Source: Bacteroidales bacterium | Lineage (GTDB): Bacteria > Bacteroidota > Bacteroidia > Bacteroidales > PXBB01 | Direction: 5' to 3' | NCBI GenBank assembly: GCA_003565735.1 | Contig: PXBB01000015.1 | Span: 2,175-66,174 of the forward strand | DNA: 64,000 bases | Part shown: one piece after another, positions 46,373 to 56,704 of the stretch | How positions within the stretch are numbered: position 1 is the first letter of the stretch | Layout: every line of letters starts with the position of its first letter | Made by a program: the position numbers and the translations under genes | The notes under the pieces: generated by a model | What the model was told of the DNA's origin: nothing | Database searches by the model: none | What the model saw: the letters and a program-made list of their open reading frames with translations, nothing else

Positions 46373-48163
46373 TTAGTTACTGTTAACAGGCAGTTTCAAT
46401 CTTTGGCCCGGTCTAATGCTGCTCCCTGTAAGATTGTTTAACTGTTTCACTTCAGATACACTCACACCACCATGCCTCCTGACAATGTCCCATAAAGTAT
46501 CACCACCCCGAACAGTATAGTAGGTATAAGATTGTTTATTTTTTTCCTCCTGCACTTCATCAATATCCATATTTTCATTTTTTGGTACCGACCGTTCAGA
46601 TGACTTTTCAATATTTTCATGGGGTATGTCTTCATTAACTGCGAGCGTTAAAAGATCACTTTGAATACTTATAGAATCAGTGGTATCTAATACAGGAACA
46701 TGAATGATAAGCTCCTGGCCTGCCATAAGTCGCAGGTCTTTAATTTGATTCCAAAGCCTGATATTGTCAACGGTAGTTTCAAACAGTTCTGCCACACAAC
46801 GCAATGATTCATTTGGCTGGGCAATATGTTTTTTTATAATGGTATTCTTGGGAGGTTTAGGCTGTTCCAGTTCGGGAGGAGCTATGCTAACAACAAGCCT
46901 CTGACCGGGGTGTATGGTCGTTCCCCGAATATTATTCCAACTTTGCAAATCGTTAACCCTAACACCATATCTTCTGGCAATTACGTGAAGACTTTCGCCT
47001 GAGCGAACTGTATGGGTTCTATCGGCAGAAAAATTCTTTTCAGGGTTACGCGCCAAATAATCCTCTTTAATAAGTTGCTCCAGCGTTTTAAAATTGTAAA
47101 TATACGATTCATTAGCCAAAAATTCACCCACTTTTGTCACCGGCATTTTAAGCTTATAAAATCTTTCGGGCGAAGAGGGTATGACGTTTCTTTTGAAGCT
47201 GGGATTTAAAACTTCCAGCTCTTCAACAGAAATATTAAGCGCCTGTGAAATTTGATCGAAGCTTAGTTTTTGTTTTACAGTAACCGTATCCATTTTCTCA
47301 AACAAGTAGGCCGGATAAACAGGATACAGGTTATGCTCTGCCGGATGCATCATAACATACGAAGCTGCCATAAAAATGGGCACGTAGCTTCTTGTTTCGC
47401 GTGGCAAAAACCGCCGGATTTCCCAATAATCTGTTTTTCCGCCTGCGCGTCTTATAGCTCTGTTCACATTGCCACTTCCGGCATTATAAGCAGCTAAAAC
47501 GAGGTTCCAGTCGCCATAAATACGATACAAATCAACAAAATGTTCGCAAGCAGCCACAGTTGATTTGTAAGGATCGAAACGATCATCCACATAAGAAGTT
47601 ACCTGCAAACCATAGTGGCGTCCAGTACGATACATAAATTGCCACAAACCGGCAGCTCCCGCCCTTGATACAGCCTTGGGATTAAGAGCCGACTCAATGA
47701 CAGCAAGATATTTTAACTCTAAGGGTAAATTGTGTTTGGCCAGTTGTTCTTCAAACAAAGGGAAGTAAAATTCTGCCAAGCCAAGCAAACGGGATGTCAT
47801 ACGCCTGTATCTTTTGGCATAAACATTTATAAACCTACTGACATCTTCATGATAAACAAAAGGCATGGGCGATTTTGTACGCATTAATTCAAATCTCTGC
47901 TCGTAAATCGAATCAGCAAACTCAGGCACTTCATCAGGCGCATAACCATAAATATTTAACACAGCTGTGTCGGCTGCAATAGTGGGCTTTGCAAACAAAA
48001 CTGAAGCTGCCAGACTATCCATCATAGCCGCAATAGGATTATCAACAAAAAAGTCAGTAACAACAACAGAAAGACTGTCGGGCTCTTGTGTTTTGGATTC
48101 AAGATTTTGACCAAACAACACCAAAAGTATGATAAGAAATATTGTCTTTGTATTTTTTTTCAT
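46373..48163 (-). CDS. MltD-like lytic transglycosylase with three C-terminal LysM domains
   Basis: ORF 46373..48190. The ATG at 48163 gives MKKNTKTIFLIILLVLFG. SLT block LAVIESALNPKAVSRAGAAGLWQFM...YNAG. Three LysM units (HTVRSGESLHVIARRYGV..., HIAQPNESLRCVAELF..., YTVRGGDTLWDIVRRHG...). Confidence 0.88.
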   Translation of the reverse strand: MKKNTKTIFLIILLVLFGQNLESKTQEPDSLSVVVTDFFVDNPIAAMMDSLAASVLFAKPTIAADTAVLNIYGYAPDEVPEFADSIYEQRFELMRTKSPMPFVYHEDVSRFINVYAKRYRRMTSRLLGLAEFYFPLFEEQLAKHNLPLELKYLAVIESALNPKAVSRAGAAGLWQFMYRTGRHYGLQVTSYVDDRFDPYKSTVAACEHFVDLYRIYGDWNLVLAAYNAGSGNVNRAIRRAGGKTDYWEIRRFLPRETRSYVPIFMAASYVMMHPAEHNLYPVYPAYLFEKMDTVTVKQKLSFDQISQALNISVEELEVLNPSFKRNVIPSSPERFYKLKMPVTKVGEFLANESYIYNFKTLEQLIKEDYLARNPEKNFSADRTHTVRSGESLHVIARRYGVRVNDLQSWNNIRGTTIHPGQRLVVSIAPPELEQPKPPKNTIIKKHIAQPNESLRCVAELFETTVDNIRLWNQIKDLRLMAGQELIIHVPVLDTTDSISIQSDLLTLAVNEDIPHENIEKSSERSVPKNENMDIDEVQEEKNKQSYTYYTVRGGDTLWDIVRRHGGVSVSEVKQLNNLTGSSIRPGQRLKLPVNSN

Positions 48164-48254
48164 AGCAATGTAAAATTTTACCGGCGCCATATAAGGCTTC
48201 CAAACGCATACCTACATAAGCCTACAAAAGTAATATTTTTAGATGTTTTTAAAT

Positions 48255-48287
48255 AAAAAAACCACCGGAAAAGGGGTGGTTTTTTTA
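48255..48287 (-). terminator. Rho-independent terminator downstream of the ferritin gene
   Basis: ACCACC (48261-48266) pairs with GGTGGT (48275-48280), flanked by an A-run and a T-run. On the minus strand the stem is followed by T8. Confidence 0.65.
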
Positions 48288-48325
48288 AACAATTTTTGAA
48301 CATGCATTTGTCGTTCAAAAAGATA

Positions 48326-48829
48326 TTATTGTTCGCCGTGTTCTTCGCCACGCATCGACATGATATCACGGTCAAAAATATACATATTATGGTCGCCCAT
48401 GATATTAAGTTTATCAATGATACGCTGCACAGATGTTTCTTCCTCAAATTGTTCGGCAATGAACCATTGCAGCCAATTTTGAGCAGCATAGTCATTTTCC
48501 TCCACAGCTGCTTTAAAAATATTGTTTATTTCTCCAGTGATATATTTTTCATGCTTTAATGATTCATCAAAAATAAATTTTACATTAGGGAAATCTGCCT
48601 CCGGTTTTTCCAATGCCGGCACTATAGCCTTACCTCCACGTTCATTAATATACCGTACAAACTTCAACATATGCATACGCTCCTCTTCAGCCTGAGCATA
48701 AAACCAATCGGCAATACCTTCAAAACCTTGATTTTCGGCCCATGATGCCATTGATAAATATAAATTTGATGAGAAAGCTTCTTTTTCTACCTGTTCATTC
48801 ATTAATTCTTCTAAACTTTTTGAAATCAT
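48326..48829 (-). CDS. Non-heme ferritin
   Basis: LNEQVEKEAFSSNLYLSMASW, the ferroxidase-centre residues in EEERMHMLKF, and YEHEKxxT-like LKHEKYITGEIN. 167 aa. Confidence 0.9.
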   Translation of the reverse strand: MISKSLEELMNEQVEKEAFSSNLYLSMASWAENQGFEGIADWFYAQAEEERMHMLKFVRYINERGGKAIVPALEKPEADFPNVKFIFDESLKHEKYITGEINNIFKAAVEENDYAAQNWLQWFIAEQFEEETSVQRIIDKLNIMGDHNMYIFDRDIMSMRGEEHGEQ

Positions 48830-49016
48830 AATCTTACTTTTTATTGTTAAACATTATTTTTTTTCTTACCACCACAAAAATAACTCTTTGAACCTATACA
48901 ACCAAAGTTTTTACCTTGCTTTTAAGTTAAAAATTGTTAATGCTACAGGAAACCACCTTATAGCAACCGCCATTGTAAGCAATAAAACAATATAAAATGT
49001 AGTAGCAACAGCTTTT

Positions 49017-50180
49017 TTAATGGATGATAAGTTTTGACATATAGTCTTTGTGAGTGGTATTTATGCGAACTGTGTAAAACCCTTTTGATAAATGATTTAA
49101 ATCGAGCTGATTATGGATGCGTTCTATTGTTTTAAAATAGATCATTTCACCCTTCAGATTATAGACAGCAATATGATTTGCAGAGTTTTCAAAAACGATA
49201 TTTAAAGGATTGCCATGAGGCAAAGGGTTAGGAAACATATGAATACCACCCTTATCATTTGGCTTAATATTTAAACTGTTGCAATCTTTTTTGTAGGTTA
49301 TGCGATGGGAGTTCTGAAGGGAATCCAGGAAAATATCCATCTGACCTTGCTGTTGCTTAAGCTTATAATTTAGATACGGCAACAGAAAGTCGAAAATCAC
49401 TTTGTGCTGCTCTGCTCTGCTGATTGATGGCTGAGGTGTTGTAAGCAGTTCGGCAGCTTCGCAAATAATGTTTCTGTTGGCAAAAAAGCAATGTCCTCCA
49501 CCCTTAATACCGATAATAATTTTACATGAACTTTCTAAACTCTGATACATAGGCATTTGATGTTGATTCAAAGGTGTCACGCCATCATTCTCACCATAAA
49601 AAATCAAAGCCGGAATATCAATGTGTTTGGCAGCATCAATAGCAGAAGGGTTGGTTTCTGCCGGCGCAAAAGTGACGAGTGCAGAAATGCCTGCTTGATT
49701 GGCAGCAGCGAGAAAGGAAGCCCCACCACCCATAGAATGCCCCATCAACGCAGACTCATAAGCTACATGTTGGTAAAAAAGAGAGGACGTATCCTGTCCC
49801 ATAAGCTTCATTTTTTTATTTAAGAAAAGTAAATCTTCTCCAAAGGCACCATGGTCAGGAGACGGTATGACACCACCTTCCGTAGTAGGAAAAACCATTA
49901 TATAACCTTTTGGAACCAGCTCTGTCCAATAGTTTTCATATGCCGACCAGACCATTGCCAAACCATGACCAAACACTAGAACGGGAAAACTTCCTGCTGC
50001 TACCGCTACCTGTGTGCCTGGCGTTTGCGCAGGATAGTATATATGAACAGGAACTTCTCGTTGGCGAATATCATCATAAAAACTGTCCTGCATATATCCA
50101 ATAGCATAAGGCTGTGCGCTCGCATTAAAAGCTAAAAGCAAAGCGATGATTAGGGCTGTTATGGCTGTATAATATTTCAT
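49017..50180 (-). CDS. Secreted alpha/beta hydrolase (chlorophyllase/dienelactone-hydrolase-like) with a T9SS type A C-terminal domain
   Basis: Signal peptide, FPVLVFGHG, nucleophile elbow GHSMGG, and later GENDGV and GGGHCFF. C-terminus FPNPLPHGNPLNIVFE...VYNLKGEMIY...LSKGFYTVRINT...KLIIH. Confidence 0.78.
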   Translation of the reverse strand: MKYYTAITALIIALLLAFNASAQPYAIGYMQDSFYDDIRQREVPVHIYYPAQTPGTQVAVAAGSFPVLVFGHGLAMVWSAYENYWTELVPKGYIMVFPTTEGGVIPSPDHGAFGEDLLFLNKKMKLMGQDTSSLFYQHVAYESALMGHSMGGGASFLAAANQAGISALVTFAPAETNPSAIDAAKHIDIPALIFYGENDGVTPLNQHQMPMYQSLESSCKIIIGIKGGGHCFFANRNIICEAAELLTTPQPSISRAEQHKVIFDFLLPYLNYKLKQQQGQMDIFLDSLQNSHRITYKKDCNSLNIKPNDKGGIHMFPNPLPHGNPLNIVFENSANHIAVYNLKGEMIYFKTIERIHNQLDLNHLSKGFYTVRINTTHKDYMSKLIIH

Positions 50181-50183
50181 TCT

Positions 50184-50792
50184 TTATAAATTAATCTGCT
50201 GATTACAAACAGGATACTCGTGTTTAAAATTATTAGAGCATACAATAAGCAGCCTGTTATTTAAGTATTCTTTCAATAGTTCCGCATACCAATTAATACT
50301 TGAGTTGTCCATATTATTGCAAGGCTCATCAAGCAAAATAATCTTTCTGGAAAACAGCAGTGCCATTCCAATTTTTACTCTTTGCATCATGCCCGAAGAA
50401 AAAGTTTTAAGCTCTGCATCCCTAAATTGCCTCAAACCAATGATTTCAATAACATTATCACAGGACAAACCATTGTAGGGATTGCAAAATTTGGCTTGAA
50501 AAGAAACCATTTCGCTAAGAGTAAAATCCATAATAAGATCGGAGTATGGCGCAACAAATGCAGTGTAAGCATAAATATGGTCACTGCTAATTTCGGTATT
50601 GTTTATGGTAAATTTTACCTGTCCGTTGTCCGGACTAATAATACCTGCAATAATTTTAAGCAGCGTTGATTTACCGCTTCCATTGGCACCTAAAATGACT
50701 GTTGGGGTTTCCTTGTTAACAGAAAAGCTAATGTTATTAATGACAATCTTGTCGTCAAAGGATTTAATAATATTTTTTACATCAATTTCCAC
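50184..50792 (-). CDS. Stand-alone ABC transporter ATP-binding protein (202 aa) with an atypical signature motif
   Basis: Walker A GANGSGKST and Walker B IILLDEP. The signature position reads SSGMMQR rather than LSGGQ. No permease gene is adjacent. Confidence 0.7.
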   Translation of the reverse strand: MEIDVKNIIKSFDDKIVINNISFSVNKETPTVILGANGSGKSTLLKIIAGIISPDNGQVKFTINNTEISSDHIYAYTAFVAPYSDLIMDFTLSEMVSFQAKFCNPYNGLSCDNVIEIIGLRQFRDAELKTFSSGMMQRVKIGMALLFSRKIILLDEPCNNMDNSSINWYAELLKEYLNNRLLIVCSNNFKHEYPVCNQQINL

Positions 50793-50834
50793 CCTTAAAG
50801 GTTTACAGGTAAAAAGCCAGACAGGAAATCAACT

Positions 50835-51623
50835 TTAGGAACTTGAGTTGTACCCTTTCATAATACCACGCGAAGACTTACTAATGAAATCAATAATTTC
50901 ATCTCTTTCGGGCGTTGCAGGCATTTCAGCTTCAATAATCATTATAGCTTTAGAAATACCGAAGCCCTTCATATAAATAATGCGATAGATATCCTGAATT
51001 TCTTTTATTTTTTCAGTAGTGAAGCCTCTTCTTCTGAGTCCAACGGAGTTAATACCTACATAGGACATAGGCTCACGCGCACCTTTGGTATATGGAGGCA
51101 CATCTTTTCTTACAAGCGAGCCCCCCGAAATCATGGTATGTGTTCCAATATTTACAAACTGGTGCACTGCTGATAAACCACCAATGATGGCATAATCTTC
51201 AACATTAATATGTCCTGCAAGGTTAGCCGCATTAGCTAAAATGCAGTTTTTACCAATGACACAATCATGGGCAACGTGGGAGTAAGCCATAACCAGGGAA
51301 TTGTCTCCAATAACAGTATTGAAAGTAGCTTTTGTGCCTCTGTTTATAGTAGCATATTCGCGAATTATAACATTATCACCAATCACCACATACGATTCTT
51401 CACCATTAAATTTCAAGTCCTGCGGTATGGCAGCAATGACAGCACCGGGAAAGATTTTGCAATTTTTTCCTATACGTGCTCCTTCCATGATGGTTGTATG
51501 TGGCCCAACCCATGTTCCCTCACCAATTTCAACATTTTTCTGAATAGTTACAAATGGCTCAATTACAACATTTTGTGCAATTTTTGTTTGCGGATGTATA
51601 TAAGAAAGTGAATGATTCATCAA
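50835..51623 (-). CDS. lpxA: Acyl-ACP--UDP-N-acetylglucosamine O-acyltransferase
   Basis: Left-handed beta-helix hexapeptide repeats (IHPQTKIAQNVVIEPFVTI...), the catalytic-region SHVAHDCVIG, and a C-terminal helical domain (GLRRRGF...I). Confidence 0.93.
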   Translation of the reverse strand: MMNHSLSYIHPQTKIAQNVVIEPFVTIQKNVEIGEGTWVGPHTTIMEGARIGKNCKIFPGAVIAAIPQDLKFNGEESYVVIGDNVIIREYATINRGTKATFNTVIGDNSLVMAYSHVAHDCVIGKNCILANAANLAGHINVEDYAIIGGLSAVHQFVNIGTHTMISGGSLVRKDVPPYTKGAREPMSYVGINSVGLRRRGFTTEKIKEIQDIYRIIYMKGFGISKAIMIIEAEMPATPERDEIIDFISKSSRGIMKGYNSSS

Positions 51624-51684
51624 ATATGTTTAAAAAACTGTGGCAAAGATATAACAATTTCAATATCTATATCAAATACCTGAT

Positions 51685-53076
51685 TTATTTTTTTACTATT
51701 TGTGCTGTAAGTTCGGCTTCAACAACGACTTTATCGCCAACATAAGCCACGCCCTTCATTTCTGAAATACCTCTACGGACAGGCGACATTAGTTCGAGCT
51801 TAAACAGTAATGTGTCTCCTGGTACCACCTTCTGCTTGAAACGCACATTGTTAATTTTCAGAAAATAGGTCAGATAGTTCTCCGGGTCAGGAATCGTGTG
51901 CAGCACAAAAATACCTCCTGTTTGTGCCATAGCTTCAATAGTTAACACACCGGGCATGACCGGCTCATCGGGAAAGTGTCCAACAAAATGAGCTTCGTTC
52001 ATGGTCACATTTTTCAAACCAATAACATAATCATCACTTATTTCCAGTATTTTATCAACAAGCAAAAACGGAGGCCTGTGAGGCAAAATCTTTTTAATAT
52101 CATTAATGTTATATATCGGCGCTTTATTAGGATTATAAACAGGGGCTTTCTTTTTTATCCTTTGCTGTTTGATATATTTTTTTATTTCTTTAGCAAATGC
52201 GATATTTGAAGCATGGCCTGGTCTTGTTGCAATGATATGAGCTTTGAGTGGCTCTCCTATGAGGGCCAAATCGCCTACAACATCCAGCAGTTTATGACGT
52301 GCAGGTTCGTTATCGAATCGCAGTTCCAAATTATTTAAAATGCCCTGCTTTAAAACTTTCACCTCCGGACGGTTGAATAATTTTGCCAGTTTTTTGAGCT
52401 CATTATCATCTATTTCTCTGTTTATAAAAACAATAGCATTGTTGACATCACCCCCTTTTATCAAGTCGTTATTTACCAAATACTCCAGCTCGTGCAAAAA
52501 AACGAAGGTGCGACAGGGTGCAATTTCATTGGCAAAGTCTTCAATATTTTCGAGTATGGCATTTTGAGGAACTAAGACATCCGAATCGTAATCAATAAGA
52601 ACAGATATTTTGAAAGTATCAGAAGGTAGCGCAATCATTTGCACTTTTCTTTCCGGATTTGAATAAATAATAGTGGTATCCAGTTCGAAAAAATCTTTGG
52701 GCTTATCTTGTTCAATTATTCCGGCCTTTTTAAGTGTGCTTACAAATGTATTTGAACTCCCGTCCATTATGGGCAATTCCGCCTTATCCACTTCGATAAT
52801 AACATTATCAATTCCCAAGCCGGATAAAGCAGCCAGAATATGTTCCACAGTTTTTACCTCAACGCCATTATTAGCAATGGTGGTTCCGCGGGATGTATCT
52901 AAAACATTATCAACGTTGGCATATACTACCGGCTGACCGGGTAAGTCAACACGCTTAAAACAGTAACCTGTATCTACAGGTGCCGACTTAAAAATCACAT
53001 TTACTTTTTCTCCTGTATGTAAACCTGTACCACAAACGCTTGCCGTATCTTTTATTGTTTTTTGTTGCTCTTGCAT
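51685..53076 (-). CDS. lpxC/fabZ: Bifunctional UDP-3-O-acyl-N-acetylglucosamine deacetylase / 3-hydroxyacyl-ACP dehydratase
   Basis: N-terminal LpxC (GTGLHTGEKV, TVEHILAAL, ELPIMDGSS, HKLLDVVGDLAL, RPGHASN) fused to C-terminal FabZ (LPHRPPFLLVDKI, FVGHFPDEPVMPGVL, hot-dog fold). This fusion is typical of Bacteroidota. Confidence 0.95.
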   Translation of the reverse strand: MQEQQKTIKDTASVCGTGLHTGEKVNVIFKSAPVDTGYCFKRVDLPGQPVVYANVDNVLDTSRGTTIANNGVEVKTVEHILAALSGLGIDNVIIEVDKAELPIMDGSSNTFVSTLKKAGIIEQDKPKDFFELDTTIIYSNPERKVQMIALPSDTFKISVLIDYDSDVLVPQNAILENIEDFANEIAPCRTFVFLHELEYLVNNDLIKGGDVNNAIVFINREIDDNELKKLAKLFNRPEVKVLKQGILNNLELRFDNEPARHKLLDVVGDLALIGEPLKAHIIATRPGHASNIAFAKEIKKYIKQQRIKKKAPVYNPNKAPIYNINDIKKILPHRPPFLLVDKILEISDDYVIGLKNVTMNEAHFVGHFPDEPVMPGVLTIEAMAQTGGIFVLHTIPDPENYLTYFLKINNVRFKQKVVPGDTLLFKLELMSPVRRGISEMKGVAYVGDKVVVEAELTAQIVKK

Positions 53077-53304
53077 TATTTAATTGTTAAGAGATTTGAA
53101 ACTGCAAAAATAATTTTTTTTATTTTACCAGGCTAACTTAACTGCATAATTCACAAAATGTAAGCAAAAATATATCATTCCGGTTATTGGCATAACGCTA
53201 TTTAAGAAGCATTATTCACTGGAAAAACTACTCCCGTTGGAAATCCCATTGAAATCACATACTTCATTGTATTTCTGTGTGAATTTTAGCTTCAATACCA
53301 AGTT

Positions 53305-53718
53305 TTAATGTGTAATGCAGGTTAAAAGGATTTTTCTGCGTCCGCCATTATTTCTAAACTCGCATAAATAAATCCCTTGCCAGGTTCCTAATGCAATTTT
53401 TTGCGCCCGAACCGGTATGTTTAATGATTGACCTGTAATAGCTGTTTTCAGATGCGCTGTTATATCGTCAGGACCCTCGTAAACATGCTTATAAAAGCTT
53501 AAATTTTCGGGTACCAATTTATCAAAAAAACTATTAAAATCCTGCCTTACAGTAGGGTCTGCATTTTCGTTGATACACAACCCGGCAGAGGTATGTCTTA
53601 GAAAAATATTTAACAAGCCCTGATCCGGCAAATTATCAAAAGCCTTGTTTATGTGGTGCGTTATCAAATGACAACCTCTTTCAAATGCCGGCAGTGTGAT
53701 TTCTTTTTGTATGACCAT
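53305..53718 (-). CDS. yjbQ: YjbQ/UPF0047 family protein (secondary thiamine-phosphate synthase-type)
   Basis: GLLNIFLRHTSAGLCINENADPTVRQD, DDITAHLK and GTWQGIYLCEF are characteristic of UPF0047. Confidence 0.85.
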   Translation of the reverse strand: MVIQKEITLPAFERGCHLITHHINKAFDNLPDQGLLNIFLRHTSAGLCINENADPTVRQDFNSFFDKLVPENLSFYKHVYEGPDDITAHLKTAITGQSLNIPVRAQKIALGTWQGIYLCEFRNNGGRRKILLTCITH

Positions 53719-53737
53719 TCAACAAATTATTTAATCT

Positions 53738-56704
53738 TTAGTGAATTATAACTTTATGATGCCTTATAAAACCTTTATACCTGGTTTCTAACATATAAAG
53801 ACCGCTTTCAAAAGCAGATATATCCAGTTCATAACTGTTATGAGGTGCTGCAAAATGATTGATTTCCTTATTGAACATTTCTTTCCCGAGGAGATTGTAC
53901 ATTCTTAAAAGTAAAGGACTTTCATTTGCTTTGTCAACATGGATAAACAATTTATCAGTAGCAGGGTTAGGGTAAACAAAGATACCACTATGAGTGCTTA
54001 AATCTTCAAGGCTGGAACTTACAAGAACGGTAATATAAGCATCTTTGGTTAAACTCGCTGGCCCATTATTATTAGAAGCTGTTAAAGACACATTGTAAAC
54101 ACCGGGTGTGTGATAGTGTATGGCTGTAGGATTTTGAAGCGTTGAAGTATTAGGCGTGCCTCCTTCAAAATGCCACAACCAGTCAGTAGGGTTGTTTGTT
54201 GTCAAGTCAGTAAAATTCACTGAGTGGTCCTGCATTACAGTAGTCATATTAGCAGAAAAGTTAACTTCAGGCACATGTGGATTAGGTATCACAGTAATAA
54301 AAGAGGTTTTTGTTTTTGTGTCGGTGCCATAAAAATTCCCAACTTCAAGAGTAACATCATAAACACCGGCGTTATTATAAACAATGTTAAAGGGGTTTGG
54401 TAAGCTGGAAGTAGTGGGAGTGCCACCGCTAAAAGTCCATGTCCATGAGTCAGGATTGTTTAATGACATGTCTGTAAAATTTATACCTTGCCCTTCGTAA
54501 ACCTGCATACTACTGGCTTCAAAATCAGCTATCGGCTGGTTTGATATTGTATCTCCATAAATTTGAATATTGTCAATAAAGAGGTTATTTTGATAACTGT
54601 TGTAAGATTCAAATTTTATAATAACACTGCTGTATCCCACAAAAGGCGTCAGGTTTACAGTAAAACACGAAGCACCCAGAGACCCTGCCAGACACCAGTC
54701 AGCGCTTGCAGATGGCGTAAAAGGGTTAACAGATGTGCTTGCCGTAGCAAAAGATCCTGTCCCGTTTTCACCGCCAGCAAAAACCCTGTAAGGAAATGTC
54801 TCTCCACAGTCTGTTGACACATATATTATCAGCGAATCAGTTGATGATTGATCGTACCGCCTGTAAGCATGTTCAAAAGATAACTCAGCAACTGCGTATC
54901 CTGTAAAATCCAAAGGTGGTGTAAGCATGCTGTTTCGCTGTCCAATAGCTGTGTAATAGTAGTGTTCCATCTTTGCTGACTGGTTTCCAGGCGTGGTTCC
55001 CTGGGTATTTACAATTTGCCAGCCTATGTCGTTATCTGGATTATGCACACTCCAGTTGTTTGTATCAAAAGAACCGGATTCGAAATTTTCTGTAAATGGT
55101 AAAACCATAATGGTATCATAATGGTTAAAAACCGTAAAAGAGGTATCATTAGTGTTGTTACCATCCTGACCTGCATTGGGATTTTCGGTATAAACGGTAA
55201 AAGTATGCTTCCCTGGTGTAACAGTCATAGATGTAAGGATTACTGTGGTTTCGTGGTGCGTAGGTAAGACCCCCGACCAATTATAAGTGTTGAGCGGCCC
55301 ATTATTGAGCTTATATTTTATGTCCACGCTTGTTAAAGTATCTACGCCAAAATTTCGCAAAACAATTTCCGGAACGATACTTTCCTGACATACTGTTGGA
55401 CGCGGGTGTTTTATTACGCTGATGCCGGCATCCAGGGGAACTACTGTAGCACTGACACACTGCATGGCCTGGTATGCATTGATACGTCCTGCACCCAGAA
55501 GGCCAACAAAATTAGGATTTTGCGTATCAATATTATCTGCCGAACTTGTCAAACAGTTTTTTATCTCAGTGGGTGTTAGGTTAGGGTTTAAAGAAAGCAT
55601 CAAACCGCACAGACCTGCAACCAGTGGCGAGGACATAGACGTACCCGAAAAACTTTGATAGCCACTAAACGGGACTGTACTAAGTATCTGAGTTCCGGGT
55701 GCAGAAACATCTATCCATGAACCATACTGCGATGAGGTGGCTTTAGCATCTGTCGTGGTGGTATTGGCTACTGCTATGACACTATTGTAAGCCGCGGGAT
55801 AAAAAACAGGGTTGCCCTGATGGCCGCTATTACCGGCAGCAGCAACAAGCACAATACCATTATTGAAAGCAGCATTAACAACATTAATAGCCGTTTGACT
55901 GGGATTGGCGCCTCCCCAGGACATATTAATGACATTTGCGCCATTATTGGCAGCCCAGGCAACCCCCTCGTAACCATGTGTTATATTGGTGCTTGTATTG
56001 GTTGCCTTTACCGGCAGAATACTTATATTCCAACCTATTGAAGCAATACCAACACCGTTATCTGTTACAGCACCTGCAATACCGGCTACATGAGTACCAT
56101 GATTAAATTGTGTGCTGGGCGGATTGGGGTTGTTATTATTGTTAGCCACATCCCTTCCGGGCAGCATATTATCAGCAAGGTCAACATGGGTAGTTTGAAC
56201 AGCATCATCAACAATAGCAACAACAATACTGGAATCTCCGGTAGAGATATCCCATGCCTGCTGTGCATTAATTCTGTGTAGGCCCCATTGGTTAAACTGT
56301 CCTGATGATGGGCCCAAATCATTCGGTGTTAAGCACTTTACAAGATATGGAACTGGTTCAGCATAATCAACAAAAGACATTTCATCAAAAAAACGTATCA
56401 GTTCGGGTGCCAAGTGGTGCCTGTCAAATTCTACTCTTAATGTTTGCAGTAAATCCCGGTCATTTGTAAAGTAAAATGATTTATATACACGTGTTATCTC
56501 ATACTTTTCAACAATATCTTTTAGAAAATACAAAGAGTTGACGTCCAGATCACCATTTTCGGAAATGGCTATATTGAGCGGGTAGTCATTTTTAATCTTA
56601 ACATAAATGGCACCATCAAGGCCCCAGGAAATGGTGTTTTGTCCATACAATAACAGAGGCCCTAAAAACAAAATTAAAATGGTTGTGAAACAAGTTTTTA
56701 TCAT
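53738..56704 (-). CDS. Secreted S8 (subtilisin-family) serine peptidase with a propeptide, accessory beta domains, two PKD domains and a T9SS type A C-terminal domain
   Basis: Catalytic triad blocks VAIVDDAV (Asp), HGTHVAGIAG (His) and SGTSMSSPLVAG (Ser). Two PKD repeats (ADFEAS...INFTDMS...WTWTFSGGTP... and VNFSAN...VNFTDLT...WLWHFEGGTP...). C-terminus VYPNPATDKLFIHV...MYNLLGKEM...LYMLE...KVIIH. Confidence 0.92.
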   Translation of the reverse strand: MIKTCFTTILILFLGPLLLYGQNTISWGLDGAIYVKIKNDYPLNIAISENGDLDVNSLYFLKDIVEKYEITRVYKSFYFTNDRDLLQTLRVEFDRHHLAPELIRFFDEMSFVDYAEPVPYLVKCLTPNDLGPSSGQFNQWGLHRINAQQAWDISTGDSSIVVAIVDDAVQTTHVDLADNMLPGRDVANNNNNPNPPSTQFNHGTHVAGIAGAVTDNGVGIASIGWNISILPVKATNTSTNITHGYEGVAWAANNGANVINMSWGGANPSQTAINVVNAAFNNGIVLVAAAGNSGHQGNPVFYPAAYNSVIAVANTTTTDAKATSSQYGSWIDVSAPGTQILSTVPFSGYQSFSGTSMSSPLVAGLCGLMLSLNPNLTPTEIKNCLTSSADNIDTQNPNFVGLLGAGRINAYQAMQCVSATVVPLDAGISVIKHPRPTVCQESIVPEIVLRNFGVDTLTSVDIKYKLNNGPLNTYNWSGVLPTHHETTVILTSMTVTPGKHTFTVYTENPNAGQDGNNTNDTSFTVFNHYDTIMVLPFTENFESGSFDTNNWSVHNPDNDIGWQIVNTQGTTPGNQSAKMEHYYYTAIGQRNSMLTPPLDFTGYAVAELSFEHAYRRYDQSSTDSLIIYVSTDCGETFPYRVFAGGENGTGSFATASTSVNPFTPSASADWCLAGSLGASCFTVNLTPFVGYSSVIIKFESYNSYQNNLFIDNIQIYGDTISNQPIADFEASSMQVYEGQGINFTDMSLNNPDSWTWTFSGGTPTTSSLPNPFNIVYNNAGVYDVTLEVGNFYGTDTKTKTSFITVIPNPHVPEVNFSANMTTVMQDHSVNFTDLTTNNPTDWLWHFEGGTPNTSTLQNPTAIHYHTPGVYNVSLTASNNNGPASLTKDAYITVLVSSSLEDLSTHSGIFVYPNPATDKLFIHVDKANESPLLLRMYNLLGKEMFNKEINHFAAPHNSYELDISAFESGLYMLETRYKGFIRHHKVIIH

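Noticed and set aside
48178-48495. A 105-aa minus-strand ORF spanning the ferritin 3-prime end and the terminator.
   Set aside because: It overlaps the ferritin coding sequence out of frame and runs through a clear terminator hairpin. It has no motifs.
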